A stretch of DNA of 40,110 bases from Planctomycetota bacterium (GCA_027001995.1 JALTLO010000148.1:1-40110); one strand, 5' to 3'; positions 1-10,389 are shown, counted from the stretch's first letter. Made by a program: numbers and translations. Notes: generated by a model not told the origin, from the letters alone.

Positions 1-35
1 AATCTCTCCAACGAGTCTTAAGAGGAGCCCCTACA

Positions 36-341
36 ATGGGTGGAACTGAGCAAATCGCACTGATCTTTGGCTGGGCCATGGTGCCTTTCATCTTATCTGT
101 CACTTTCGGTTGTACCGGAGTCGGCGAGAAGAAAGTCGCCCCCATGAAAGATGTCCTGGCTGTGGCCCTCGGGATCATCGCCTTTGGTGTGGTGAGCACC
201 CAATTACGCCCAGTTTTCTCTGATTGGACTCACTGGGGTGTTCTATTGTGCGCAGGCTTGGGCTTCTTAGCCATGCACTTCACCATCGTCATTGCTTACA
301 AATTCATCTACGCCGGTATGCCTGATACTCCAGCCCACTAG
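36..341 (+). CDS. Small hypothetical membrane protein (about 3 TM helices)
   Basis: 101-aa ORF with a GAGGAG RBS upstream of the ATG, three hydrophobic segments, and a downstream terminator hairpin. Confidence 0.7.
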   Translation: MGGTEQIALIFGWAMVPFILSVTFGCTGVGEKKVAPMKDVLAVALGIIAFGVVSTQLRPVFSDWTHWGVLLCAGLGFLAMHFTIVIAYKFIYAGMPDTPAH

Positions 342-436
342 GCCATATGGGTGGCCCCCGGGGGTTGGCATGGCGCCCAATCCGACTTGAGTCGTTTGCT
401 GGGACACCCACGTCATCCAGAATCACAATCGAATCA

Positions 437-470
437 AAGAAGAGACGTCCATAGAGACGTCTCTTTTCTT
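437..470. terminator. Bidirectional intrinsic terminator between convergent genes
   Basis: AAGAGACGTC / GACGTCTCTT 10-bp inverted repeat, A-rich on the left and T-rich on the right. Confidence 0.7.
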
Positions 471-487
471 ACCTCTGGGCCGGAAAC

Positions 488-1516
488 CTAAGGTAGCCGG
501 GTAAACTCCCGGGTCAAAATGGTGGCATAGGACCCCTTTGGCAAGAAGAAAGAAAGCAAGAGATCTGATCCTTCCAGTTCCCAAGCGAGATCAGGGACAA
601 GGACACGGGATAAGCGACGAGAGCCGGAAAGTCGATTTCGCCTCATGGAAGCAGGAGGAATTCTCTCTGCCTCCAAAAGCTCTTCTTCAATGATGCCGGG
701 CGTGCCCTTTGCCGCCATCATCTTGGAGCCAAACATAGGACCGGTAATGTGGATCTCTTGAGCTGCCAGTCTCACATTCTCAGCTTCCACATCTTCCACT
801 TCAAATAATCCACCCCTATCCTCGGTCTTGGCGATATCTCCAGCATAGGCCTGGTTAAGCCCGCCCCTCTGGAGCCTCAGGGCCAACCAACGGTTAAAAA
901 GATCTGACTGCCAGGCGTTCAGCATCAAAGTTCGCTGGCTCTTGCTTCTCACCCGACGGCCCTTGAGAATAGCCTTCCCGATGTCAGCATTCAGGAAGTC
1001 TCGGCCAAATCTTTGAGGTCCATAGAAATTGGGTAAACCCTGCTGGCGAATAAGGTCGGCAATAGCCTCCACCTGCTCCTTGTCACCGACAACGTCTCGG
1101 ATGCGAATTCGAAACCGATTCCCCAAGTTGTGCCCCCGTTTCAGCTTGTTTTTGTGACGGGCAAAACCATGCAAGATGAGTTCAAAGTCCTGGGGAAACT
1201 TCTCTTCGATGTTATCGAGATGATCATGGGGCCAAGGAATGCTGAGCCACTGGCGGGAGACTGCGTGTTTGTCTTTTCGTCCGGCGCAACCGACTTCTTT
1301 TTCGTCCACATCAAAAAGTTCGGCCAATTTCTTGACCACAAACCGGGTTTCAATACCCCGGCGTTCGATGTCGAAATAGAGATGATCACCCTCTCCTGCA
1401 GGCTCATAGAGGGGAACTTCAGTGACAACAAAGTCTTCGGGATCCTGTTTGATGGTCCCACCAACACCAGGCAATTGGGCCGAGAGGTAGGGAAGATCGG
1501 ACTCAAGAAAGGGCAT
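488..1516 (-). CDS. truD: tRNA pseudouridine(13) synthase TruD
   Basis: Motifs PEDFVVTE, AGRKDKHAVSRQ (catalytic Asp), GNRFRI, PNFYGPQRFG, FFLPKGSYAT. Confidence 0.95.
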   Translation of the reverse strand: MPFLESDLPYLSAQLPGVGGTIKQDPEDFVVTEVPLYEPAGEGDHLYFDIERRGIETRFVVKKLAELFDVDEKEVGCAGRKDKHAVSRQWLSIPWPHDHLDNIEEKFPQDFELILHGFARHKNKLKRGHNLGNRFRIRIRDVVGDKEQVEAIADLIRQQGLPNFYGPQRFGRDFLNADIGKAILKGRRVRSKSQRTLMLNAWQSDLFNRWLALRLQRGGLNQAYAGDIAKTEDRGGLFEVEDVEAENVRLAAQEIHITGPMFGSKMMAAKGTPGIIEEELLEAERIPPASMRRNRLSGSRRLSRVLVPDLAWELEGSDLLLSFFLPKGSYATILTREFTRLP

Positions 1517-2408
1517 TTTCTAATGCTCCGGAGAGCTCCGGGTGCCGAAACACGTAACCCAGACCCTCTACCTTTTGAGAGCTAACTCGGTTTGAAGCCA
1601 ACAAGAGCTCGGAAGCCATCTGCCCCAGAGCCATCCGCAAAGCGAAACCGGGAGCGGGCAAAAGGGTCGGTTTTCCCAAAGCAGCCCCCAATGCTTGAGT
1701 AAAATCTGCATTGGTAACCGTTCCTGGCGCGACCACATTGATCGGGCCAGAGAAATCCCCATTGTCCACCGCCGCCACAAGAATCCCGACAACGTCGTCC
1801 ATCCCAATCCAACTCATCCATTGTTTGCCATTGCCAATCTTCCCCCCCAGGCCGAATCGGAATGGCACCATCATCTTGGCCAAAGCCCCGCCGTCCTTTC
1901 CGATGACCATGCCGATCCGCATTTGCGCCACACGCAAACCGGCATCCAAAGCTGGCTTCGTTGCTTCTTCCCAGTCCGCACAAAGAGCGGCCAGAAAACC
2001 AGTCCCCTGAGATGCTGATTCTTCAAGAATTTCATCTGCCCTCGAGCCATAGTAGCCAATCGCCGAAGCTGAGATGAGTACCTGTGGCCCGTCATCGAGC
2101 TCTGCCATGGTCTCAGCTAAGATTTTCGTACTTTCGATGCGGCTGGAACGCAAGATTTCCTTTCGGGCTTGGGACCAACGTTTGTTGGCGATATTGGCTC
2201 CTCCAAGATGGATAACCACATCACAGGAACGAAGCGCATTACGATTGAGGCGGCCGTCTTCCGGATCCCAAAATGCCTCTTCGGGACCAGGATTGGGGCG
2301 TCGCCGTACAAAACGAAGCACGTCATGCCCCAAGGCAATCAACCGCTCTTCGAGACGTTTGCCCAGAAATCCTGAGGCACCTGTAATCGCTATTCGCACC
2401 GGCATCAC
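1503..2408 (-). CDS. TIGR01777 family NAD-dependent epimerase/oxidoreductase (YfcH-like)
   Basis: ITGASGFLG Rossmann motif, SASAIGYYG, CADWE, G-x-GKQWMSWI. Confidence 0.9.
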   Translation of the reverse strand: MMPVRIAITGASGFLGKRLEERLIALGHDVLRFVRRRPNPGPEEAFWDPEDGRLNRNALRSCDVVIHLGGANIANKRWSQARKEILRSSRIESTKILAETMAELDDGPQVLISASAIGYYGSRADEILEESASQGTGFLAALCADWEEATKPALDAGLRVAQMRIGMVIGKDGGALAKMMVPFRFGLGGKIGNGKQWMSWIGMDDVVGILVAAVDNGDFSGPINVVAPGTVTNADFTQALGAALGKPTLLPAPGFALRMALGQMASELLLASNRVSSQKVEGLGYVFRHPELSGALENALS

Positions 2409-2423
2409 TTTCTTACGTCCAAG

Positions 2424-4505
2424 TCACTTGGCGTTTCTTATCTCCATGAGCAGACCACTGGCATTGTAAACTTTCGACAAAGCCTCCAGGACCACGAGAC
2501 TTGACAATACCAAAGCGCGACCCCCTTTGGGGCGAGAAACATAGGTATTGGCCAAACCCACAAAGTTCGTGTCAAAGACAATTCCTAAGAGTGCCCCGTT
2601 TCGGTCTACAACAGGGCTTCCTTCACTGTTATCAACGGCATCTATGGTCGAAGAAAGGACCATGGGAGTGTCCAAATCCAATTTGTCCTTCGCCAAAGAC
2701 CATCGGGGTGGGAGTTTGAATGGGGAAACCCCTCCCATGGCTCTTTGCCTTGCCCACAATCCCCACAAGGAGGTCATGACCGGAACAAGACTGACCCCAT
2801 TCGCCACGCCCCTCAAGGTGCCAAAGGTAATTCTCGGTCCACCATCAGGTTCAACCATGGGCGCTCCCGAACCATCGGAGTTCCCTGAGCGCGGTTGAGA
2901 CAAATCGAGAATTCGATGATATTCGCGTTCTAACTCTCTGAGACGGTGGCGCTCGACATCCGAGTTCTTGCCCCAAAGGACATCCCATATCTCGTCTAAT
3001 TCTCGCACCAATACAATGAGAGGATCATCGGATTCATCGATACTCTGGGGAGCGCCACCCATGAGTCTCACGCAGAAGGCCTGATCGAAAAGCTGTGTCT
3101 GGGCGATCGCTTCTGCCGCCCCTTTGCCATGGGCACCCTGCGCGCAGGCAGCAACAAAAGGATCATTTTCTCCCAATTGTTCCTTTGCCAAAGCGACCCG
3201 AGCCTGGGCCACAGCCACCTCAAGATTTCGATCCACCTCGCTCGGTTTTCCCAGGTACGTCCGTAGGTCCTTCAAGTGTCCACGTTGATGTGAATCGCCA
3301 TCCTTTTTGCTCTTGGCATGTTCCAGGCGTGCAAGAGCCAGAAAACTGCGGGCTTTGGCTGCCATACTGCTTTCGAGACGAGAATACATTCGTCGCCTAA
3401 AGTTCTCTTTTCTTTCCTCTAACTCACTGCGGAGAGCCTTCACTGTCTCTTCTAAAGATTTCGCATGCTCATCACCCTTCCCAAGAGCCAATCGTTCTCG
3501 CCGTCTAAGACGTTCTAAGATCGAAGGCGTAGCCAATGCATGTCGATAACCCTGAACCGCCTTGAGCGTGTTTTTTAATTCTGCCAAACGAGACCTCGAC
3601 TCACCGTGATCCGGATGGGAATTGCTGAAGGTAGATAAGCAAGAAATCAACCTGCTGACGACGTTCTCAACCATGGGAAGATATTGATTTTTTTCATTCT
3701 CCAAGACAGGCCACGCCTTGCCACGCCTGGTCCGCCCAGGAAAACCAGCCACCACATGGACGCTTTGGGCTTTGGGCTCTTGAGTCGAAATGTTGAAGAA
3801 ATCAGGAGAACTCGCCGGTTTCTCGTCCTTGTAGATCCGAAGAAAAGCGACATCGAAAGACCAACGAGGGAAATTGAAATTATCGTAGTCACCACCGAAA
3901 TAAGCGATGGCGGTTTCAGGTGCGAACACCAGGCGAAGATCGTGAAACTCTCGAAACCGAAACAGAACAAAACGTTTGCCATTGTCGCGTTTCTCAACTC
4001 GGCAAAGCAATCCCGTCCTTGTGCTTTCTGATTCAACGAGAGCACGAATCGCCATGGCGATTGCCCGAGAAGAGCTCTCTGCCCCATCACTCTGAGCGGC
4101 CTCCTGGATTTCGCTTGTCACATCGGAAAACGAGTCGAACTGCTCAGCCGTGAGCCCCTTTATCCGCAATTCACGGCTCCTGCGTGAGGCCAGAAATCCA
4201 TCCCGCAGGATCGATGGGCCGACGAATCCGATCTCGCGTATCCAGGGCTCGATTTGATGCCGAGACAACATGACTAAGCCATCAGCAGAAACAAGCACTC
4301 CAGCCCCGCCGCGGTGAGCGATACGAATCGTAGACCGTTCCATGCGATTAAACCAAGATTCATCCACCCTAAATCCGTGTTGTGACAAGAGCTGGGCAAT
4401 AGGTGGTTCATCAAACCGCCAAAACCCGACTTCTTTCTCGGGTTCTGATGTCTTCGCGGTCAAAATGAGTGCTATCAAGATGGTAGAAATCAGTTTCACG
4501 GTCAT
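2424..4505 (-). CDS. S46 (DPP7/DPP11) peptidase family homologue, catalytic motif degenerate
   Basis: Signal peptide; DLRLVFAPETAIAYFGGDYDNFNFPR, GFPGRT and GSPV...GIVFD are S46 hallmarks; the GGNSGSP motif reads VDNSEGSP. Confidence 0.85.
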   Translation of the reverse strand: MTVKLISTILIALILTAKTSEPEKEVGFWRFDEPPIAQLLSQHGFRVDESWFNRMERSTIRIAHRGGAGVLVSADGLVMLSRHQIEPWIREIGFVGPSILRDGFLASRRSRELRIKGLTAEQFDSFSDVTSEIQEAAQSDGAESSSRAIAMAIRALVESESTRTGLLCRVEKRDNGKRFVLFRFREFHDLRLVFAPETAIAYFGGDYDNFNFPRWSFDVAFLRIYKDEKPASSPDFFNISTQEPKAQSVHVVAGFPGRTRRGKAWPVLENEKNQYLPMVENVVSRLISCLSTFSNSHPDHGESRSRLAELKNTLKAVQGYRHALATPSILERLRRRERLALGKGDEHAKSLEETVKALRSELEERKENFRRRMYSRLESSMAAKARSFLALARLEHAKSKKDGDSHQRGHLKDLRTYLGKPSEVDRNLEVAVAQARVALAKEQLGENDPFVAACAQGAHGKGAAEAIAQTQLFDQAFCVRLMGGAPQSIDESDDPLIVLVRELDEIWDVLWGKNSDVERHRLRELEREYHRILDLSQPRSGNSDGSGAPMVEPDGGPRITFGTLRGVANGVSLVPVMTSLWGLWARQRAMGGVSPFKLPPRWSLAKDKLDLDTPMVLSSTIDAVDNSEGSPVVDRNGALLGIVFDTNFVGLANTYVSRPKGGRALVLSSLVVLEALSKVYNASGLLMEIRNAK

Positions 4506-4610
4506 ATCCAGGTCAGAGAACTTCCTTATCTCTTACGCTTCAGCCAGAAAGATCATTCAACAGTTCCCCCATGCGCGGGGGAACCGAAGAATCACATTGT
4601 CTTTTTTTGT

Positions 4611-5825
4611 TCACCGAAGAATCTGCTCAACCCGATTCACGACAATCTGAAAGACGCGTTTATGCTTGGAAATGGGGCCGCGAATACGGATCTTCTTGCC
4701 AACCAGATCGTCCAAGTTTGGAAACTTAGAAATGGCATTCTTGGGAATGAATGCCGCAAGAGCGCGTTTGTAGTCTTGATGAAAGTTAATGATGGCCGTG
4801 CGCCCACCCTTGGGTCGAAATATCTTGGCAACGGTGCCAACAACCTCAACTTCCTTCAACAGATTGATCTTCAGAGTCTTCAGGTCTGTGGCTTCAATGA
4901 CCGGCCTCTTGGGGTTCGCGAAAACACGACCCTGGGGCACCTCCGGCCTCAAGACTTTCGAAGGAACCTGGAACTCAACAATCACAGGAAAATGATCGGA
5001 CACGAAGTCTGTATCACGGATGATCTGAGCGCTCAGTGATTTCATTCCCGGTGTGCTGAGGATGAAATCAATTTGCTCCCCCTTGCCACGGTAGATGAAC
5101 GTGAAACGCTCCTTCTCTGGAATTGACAAAGTGTGATCGATCATCCCCGCCATGAGGTTAGCCAAGGGAGCTGATTTCTTGTAGTCATTGAAGTCTCCCA
5201 CCACGACAAGACCAAGATTGCCCACGTCTTTGCTTCGATTCTTGGCGATCCTCGCGATCTCGTCGGCTTCTGCCTTGCGCCATCCATCACTGCGAGCCTT
5301 TTTCCCCCGTTTCGACTTCAAATGTACGACCCCCAAATCAAACGTCTCCGTTTTCGACAGCCGAATACGAAACACAGGAAAGTCTCGGGAAAAACGATGC
5401 TCTTGCGCAAGAGGTCGTAGGCGATGACTCATGGAACGGACAATGGGCAAACGCGACATGACGCCCACGTCGATCCCACGAAAGTCATTGCCTTCCATCA
5501 ACTCGATATGAAGAAAGGGCCGTTTCAAATGACGGTTCAACCTTTCCAAAACGGACCGATTCTCTACTTCTTCGACACCCAAGACATCGACGTTCATACG
5601 GTCAATGACTTGAGCCATGGCCCGAAGATCCGCCACACTCTTCGGTGCTGTCCTTTCGTCTGGTTTCAGGGGATTGTCGTAATTGTCGAATAGGTTGAGT
5701 AAATTCCATGTGCCGACCCGCAGTCGTCCCTGACTGCTTGGTTTGCTCTCAGCTTGAGCCGAAGCGATGAAGCCAGTGAGAGCAATCGCGAGAAATACGG
5801 TGCACAAGAATTGACAGATCTTCAT
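4611..5825 (-). CDS. Secreted endonuclease/exonuclease/phosphatase (EEP) family protein with C-terminal OB-fold-like domain
   Basis: Signal peptide; TWNLLNLFD, EEVEN, HLKS, GDFND, IDFI and SDHFPV motifs. Confidence 0.85.
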   Translation of the reverse strand: MKICQFLCTVFLAIALTGFIASAQAESKPSSQGRLRVGTWNLLNLFDNYDNPLKPDERTAPKSVADLRAMAQVIDRMNVDVLGVEEVENRSVLERLNRHLKRPFLHIELMEGNDFRGIDVGVMSRLPIVRSMSHRLRPLAQEHRFSRDFPVFRIRLSKTETFDLGVVHLKSKRGKKARSDGWRKAEADEIARIAKNRSKDVGNLGLVVVGDFNDYKKSAPLANLMAGMIDHTLSIPEKERFTFIYRGKGEQIDFILSTPGMKSLSAQIIRDTDFVSDHFPVIVEFQVPSKVLRPEVPQGRVFANPKRPVIEATDLKTLKINLLKEVEVVGTVAKIFRPKGGRTAIINFHQDYKRALAAFIPKNAISKFPNLDDLVGKKIRIRGPISKHKRVFQIVVNRVEQILR

Positions 5826-5879
5826 GAGAATCCTCTGATAAAACGGGAATGTCGGGGAGATTCTAACGGTATCAGGGTC

Positions 5880-7205
5880 CTAACGCACGAATCGAATCGC
5901 TTCGATGTAGAGATCGCCCCCGGAAATCCGGGTGAAAATCAATTCATTGCGCCCTGGTTTGAGAGTAAGCCCCCGGGGAAAACACTTTGCAGCCCGGGGC
6001 AAACGCTGGCTAATAAGGCGAACGAGAGGTTTGCCGTTCAAAGCGACATCCCAAACAGCGGGTTTCTGGCCCCGAGCCCAATGATCCAGGTCTACTCGGT
6101 GAGCTTGGCGGTCGAATTCCGGCATTTGCACCACTAAGTGCCCAGATTTCCCCTTGAGGACCACCCCCCCTGTGGGAGCCTCCGCTTTCTCAACATGAAA
6201 AGAAAGCGAAACATGGCTTGCCCCAAGTACCTGCTCCGAAATCACAGGATTTCCCAAGGACACATTCTGCTCCACTGCTACCAAAGCTCGAAATGAGATC
6301 TCGTTGACCAAACGAGGTGCCAAGTCCATACGTAATTCCTGTCCAATCAAGGAAATCGCTTGGGGAAGCCTCAGAGCAATCACTTGGTCCAAGGAAGCGC
6401 CGGTGCCAATAGCGAACTTCCCAATCTCCTTCGATTTCAGAAAAACAGTGAGGAGCCCTCGCACATTCTTGGACTTGCGTCGAATTCCCAAGAGCATGCA
6501 CGCCGTGTTCCGGGCCACGGGGCATGGCAGCAAAATCTGCGGTTTGGTTAGACGGCGAAATGGAGCGTCACTGGGGTTCGCAGAAAATCCCCGATGAATC
6601 CAATCTTGCGCCCCCGGCCAAGCCTGGACTCTCTGAGTTCCTGGGGCCCGTGCCAAACCCAAGCGAAAAACAGCCTCCAAATTATCCCTCTCTGCACCGA
6701 CTTTTGACAGGACGGCAGTGATTTCTTCCGCTTTGAGGTTGCCGCGAATCTGCTGCAAGTGCGCTTTGACAACGTCCGGATCTCCTTCTGCCTCAAATGC
6801 CCGAAGGCGTCTCCTCAGCAACCACGGCCAAGTAGAATTCTGGGACCAAGCAATGGCAGACAACCTCTGGGATTTGTTTGGGTGAGAAAAAAGAGCTCCC
6901 AAGAAACGGATGAATTCGGGACAAGAACAAAGATCGAACTCGACTCGGTTTGAGTCCCCAACTTGGGAAGGACTCAAGAACGAACTCAGAACACCTGGCC
7001 GCCAGAACTCTCTCATGAGAGCTTCCATTTCTTTTGGACTCGCCTTCTTGAGGCAAGACCTGAGAGCGCCACGACGAGAAGAGATTGGAGCCGTTCTATC
7101 AGCGACAACTTTGACATCATCGAGGGTACCCTGGGCCCAACAAGGTAGGCACAGCGCTGCCGTCATAAGAACAGACTGCAAATGTTGGCGAGAAAGTAAG
7201 TTCAT
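5880..7205 (-). CDS. Hypothetical secreted protein
   Basis: 441-aa ORF with signal-peptide-like N-terminus (..LPCWAQ) and a beta-strand-rich C-terminus; co-oriented with the downstream genes. Confidence 0.65.
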   Translation of the reverse strand: MNLLSRQHLQSVLMTAALCLPCWAQGTLDDVKVVADRTAPISSRRGALRSCLKKASPKEMEALMREFWRPGVLSSFLSPSQVGDSNRVEFDLCSCPEFIRFLGALFSHPNKSQRLSAIAWSQNSTWPWLLRRRLRAFEAEGDPDVVKAHLQQIRGNLKAEEITAVLSKVGAERDNLEAVFRLGLARAPGTQRVQAWPGAQDWIHRGFSANPSDAPFRRLTKPQILLPCPVARNTACMLLGIRRKSKNVRGLLTVFLKSKEIGKFAIGTGASLDQVIALRLPQAISLIGQELRMDLAPRLVNEISFRALVAVEQNVSLGNPVISEQVLGASHVSLSFHVEKAEAPTGGVVLKGKSGHLVVQMPEFDRQAHRVDLDHWARGQKPAVWDVALNGKPLVRLISQRLPRAAKCFPRGLTLKPGRNELIFTRISGGDLYIEAIRFVR

Positions 7206-7380
7206 AGAGAGATTCTACTCCAAACAGCTTTGGAGGTGGGGTCAATTCTCACGGGGAGGAAAAACACAAGACGGATTTTGTTCGGGAATTCTCCTTCGTT
7301 TCCAGGTCCCCGGAACTCTGATACGATGGAAACTGACCGCAAGACCTAAGAATTTGATCGATCAGTGGAGTTTTTGGCTT

Positions 7381-8850
7381 ATGCAAGCATTTCTTGGCCC
7401 CAATCGGAGAAATCGCTGGCTATCTGTGATTGTGGCATTGGTGTGGATCGGTTTCTGTTGGTCCATCTTGTCGCCAATTGGGCACGGCGAAAGTGGAACA
7501 CATTCCCCAGACTCGGACCAGGGACCTTGGCCGATGGCGGTCTTGGGGCTCATCATGGTGGGGACATACATAGCTATCGCCTTTGAACTCTTGCACAAGA
7601 GTTTGGCTGCCATGGCGGGAGCCTGTTTGGCGGTAATCGCAGCGGTGATTTTTGGCCTCTATGGCGAAGAAGGCTACGAACAAGTTCATACCACAATTGG
7701 CCACGACTTAGGGGTTCTGGGTGTGCTCTTAGGCACTTCCATCTTGGTTGAAATCGCTGGGCACAGCGGCCTGTTTCACTTCATCTCGGTCAAGATCGTC
7801 AAGAAAACGGAAGGAGAATCTAAGCGGCTCTTTGCTTGGATGGCCATTCTCACCGTGGTTTTCTGCACCTTTCTCACCATTGCCCCCGGCACCCTCATTA
7901 TGGTCACTTTGGCCTTGGCGGTAACACGTGAGCTCAAACTTGATCCCAAGCCCTACATCATCATGATTGCTTTGGTGGCAAACTCCGGCGCTCTCATGAC
8001 TTTTGCTTCTGGCATCTGCACCATGATGATCGGCAGCAAAGCTAACTTGGCCTACCTTGACTTCTTTCGCGTGACCACACCCATCGCTATCATCACGGCC
8101 TTTGTAGCTTTTCTTGTGGTCCGAACCGTTTACAAAAGCAGTCTCATTGATACGAGTGCCCCCAAGGAACGCCGGGAGAAGGTGGACGCCTTCGACGAAT
8201 GGGCCTTGGTTCATGACCGTCGTATCTTCTGGCGTAGCGCCGTGATTTTGCTGCTGACAACGATCGGTTTTGCCACCGCCCAAACCATGCACATCGGGCT
8301 CGATTTGGTGGCCATGACGGGAGGAGTTGCTGCTCTCCTCTTCTCTGGCTTCGACACCGAGAAAGCCATCAAGAAAGTGAAGTGGCCTCTGGTAGTCTTC
8401 TTCATCGGCCTGTTTGTCATTATTGGCGCGGTTCAAGAAAGTGGTCTCTTGGTGAAGCTTGCTGGAGGCATTGAAGCTTTGTCCGGGGGCAGCGGGACGG
8501 CGATGATGCTAATCATGGCGGTCTTTGTCTTGGTGCTATCAGGCATCGTTGACAATATTCCAGTGGCAGCAACGCTCATCCCCATCACCATAGCCATGGG
8601 GCAAAATGGAGCAGATGTAACCCCTCTGTGGTGGACCTTGGTCATCTGTTCTAACTTAGGCGGCAATTCCACACCTGTAGGCAGCGTATCCAGCGTAATT
8701 GCCCTTCACGCCTTAGAACAGGACCGAAGCATCAAGATCGGCTGGGGTGAATTCCTCAAGATAGGCGGACTCACACTATTCTGCCAAGGGGTCGTCGCAT
8801 TGACCTACCTCTTTACCTTCCTTAAGTTGGATTTATTCCCTCGAGGTTAA
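7381..8850 (+). CDS. ArsB/NhaD (ion transporter superfamily) permease
   Basis: About 12 TM helices; LSGIVDNIP and NLGGNSTPVGS motifs; start moved from 6910 to the ATG at 7381 to avoid overlap with the divergent gene. Confidence 0.85.
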   Translation: MQAFLGPNRRNRWLSVIVALVWIGFCWSILSPIGHGESGTHSPDSDQGPWPMAVLGLIMVGTYIAIAFELLHKSLAAMAGACLAVIAAVIFGLYGEEGYEQVHTTIGHDLGVLGVLLGTSILVEIAGHSGLFHFISVKIVKKTEGESKRLFAWMAILTVVFCTFLTIAPGTLIMVTLALAVTRELKLDPKPYIIMIALVANSGALMTFASGICTMMIGSKANLAYLDFFRVTTPIAIITAFVAFLVVRTVYKSSLIDTSAPKERREKVDAFDEWALVHDRRIFWRSAVILLLTTIGFATAQTMHIGLDLVAMTGGVAALLFSGFDTEKAIKKVKWPLVVFFIGLFVIIGAVQESGLLVKLAGGIEALSGGSGTAMMLIMAVFVLVLSGIVDNIPVAATLIPITIAMGQNGADVTPLWWTLVICSNLGGNSTPVGSVSSVIALHALEQDRSIKIGWGEFLKIGGLTLFCQGVVALTYLFTFLKLDLFPRG

Positions 8851-8851
8851 T

Positions 8852-9706
8852 ATGGAACAAGAGAACAAAGACGTTGAAGAAAGCATGGGGCTATTTGAGG
8901 CTGCTTTCCAAGCTCGCCATGTGGAACTGAGTATACCCACCATCAACTCGATTGTGGTCCTTCATGACGATTCCGATCAAGAAGAAACCACCATGAACTT
9001 GGCAAAAGCCGCCGTCAGGAAATTTCAAGGAACACTCAAAGAAATCCCTGCCCCGGTCTTGGGAATGGACGCATCTGAAAAAGTAGTCGTCTTCCAGGAA
9101 GCGCTGCCTGATGCAGACTTAGTCGTAGTGCCAGCACCCTTTGGGGAAGATCTTGGATCGTTGAGCACAGAAAGCCTTAGCTCTGTCATTGACCTTTTCT
9201 TGTGTGAGACACCCAAACCTCTTCTCATTGTCAGACATCCTCTGGAATCCTATGACACAGTCCTTTCCAATCCCGTAGTCTTGTTAGACTGGCAGGAGAG
9301 GTTTCAAGGGATTGCCGCTTCTTACGGCTGTTGTTTCGCCGGCAACGACGGAAGCTTAGACCTTGTCGCCGCCATCGCCCCTTCGACGATGGACGAAATC
9401 ACCGCTCTCATCGGCGAAAACGAAGATGACATGATAGCTTTCCGCAATCTGATTCAGCGGGCTGAAACCCGACTCAATGGTGGTATCGTAGCCGCAGTCC
9501 AAAAAATGGAATCTCAAAATGGCTTTCAAAGCCAATTTTCAGTACACCATGGACAGCGTCCAGCAAGTATGTGCGCCAGCAGAGCCACCGAAGCAAACGG
9601 CATCGCTGTCTGTGCCTACTTGCCCGATTCACAATCAACCTCCCTGGGCCGGATGAGAGATCTCATTCTTAAGTCAAAACAACCTGTACTTTGCTTACCG
9701 ATATAA
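8852..9706 (+). CDS. Universal stress protein-like protein (tandem USP domains)
   Basis: ADLVVV...SLSSVIDLFLCETPKPLLIV and LILKSKQPVLCL resemble USP C-terminal motifs; starts 1 nt after the transporter stop. Confidence 0.6.
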   Translation: MEQENKDVEESMGLFEAAFQARHVELSIPTINSIVVLHDDSDQEETTMNLAKAAVRKFQGTLKEIPAPVLGMDASEKVVVFQEALPDADLVVVPAPFGEDLGSLSTESLSSVIDLFLCETPKPLLIVRHPLESYDTVLSNPVVLLDWQERFQGIAASYGCCFAGNDGSLDLVAAIAPSTMDEITALIGENEDDMIAFRNLIQRAETRLNGGIVAAVQKMESQNGFQSQFSVHHGQRPASMCASRATEANGIAVCAYLPDSQSTSLGRMRDLILKSKQPVLCLPI

Positions 9707-9708
9707 CC

Positions 9709-10389
9709 ATGACAAAAGACCAAGAACCTGATCTTCCTGAAGAAGAATTCAACCAACGTTTTCTCGCCGTCCTTGCCCCTCACAATCCGGCTCGCCCTGA
9801 ACTCATGGCCCGCCATGCTTGGTTGGTTCGTGAGAAGAACAAGGTCATGAACTTGACGCGCATAACCTCGCCGGAAGAAATGGCCACAAGGCACGTCTTG
9901 GATTCCTTGGCGGCAATTCCCATCCTGGCAGGAACCGACGACGTCACCGTGTCGCGAGTCTTGGACTTAGGAACGGGACCGGGATTCCCTGGTCTACCTT
10001 TAGCCTGCGCCCTTCCCGAATTATCCGTCACACTCCTGGACGGGACGAGAAAGAAAATTGAATTCCTCAACGACGTCGTCGGAGACTTGGGAATCACCGA
10101 TCAAGTCAGCCGGGTTTGGTCCCGGTTTGAGGAACATATTCGCCCTGAGCGCAAAGAATACGACATTGTCTTGGCCCGAGCCGTAGGCCCACTGTCCCGC
10201 ATCTTGCAATGGACAACCAATAATTGGTTCGGTCCATTGTTGCTGTGGAAGGGTCCTAAGTTCGAAGAGGAACTTGACGATTGCCATCGCGTGCTCAAGA
10301 AACGCAAGATGGATGTGGTCTTGGATATCGCCTATGACCTTCCAGGAGATGAAGCAGAGCGGCGCTTGGTCATGATCGACTGGATATAG
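9709..10389 (+). CDS. rsmG: 16S rRNA m7G527 methyltransferase RsmG (GidB)
   Basis: NKVMNLTRI, HVLDSL, LDLGTGPGFPGLPLA, ARAV and KG motifs. Confidence 0.92.
   Translation: MTKDQEPDLPEEEFNQRFLAVLAPHNPARPELMARHAWLVREKNKVMNLTRITSPEEMATRHVLDSLAAIPILAGTDDVTVSRVLDLGTGPGFPGLPLACALPELSVTLLDGTRKKIEFLNDVVGDLGITDQVSRVWSRFEEHIRPERKEYDIVLARAVGPLSRILQWTTNNWFGPLLLWKGPKFEEELDDCHRVLKKRKMDVVLDIAYDLPGDEAERRLVMIDWI

Noticed and set aside
4561..4586. CAGTTCCCCCATGCGCGGGGGAACCG resembles a type I-E CRISPR repeat
   Set aside because: Single copy, shorter than a true repeat, no spacers or cas genes; better explained as an intergenic hairpin
6910..7380. Long N-terminal extension of the transporter ORF
   Set aside because: Overlaps the divergent gene 5880-7205 and is not transporter-like; the ATG at 7381 is more plausible
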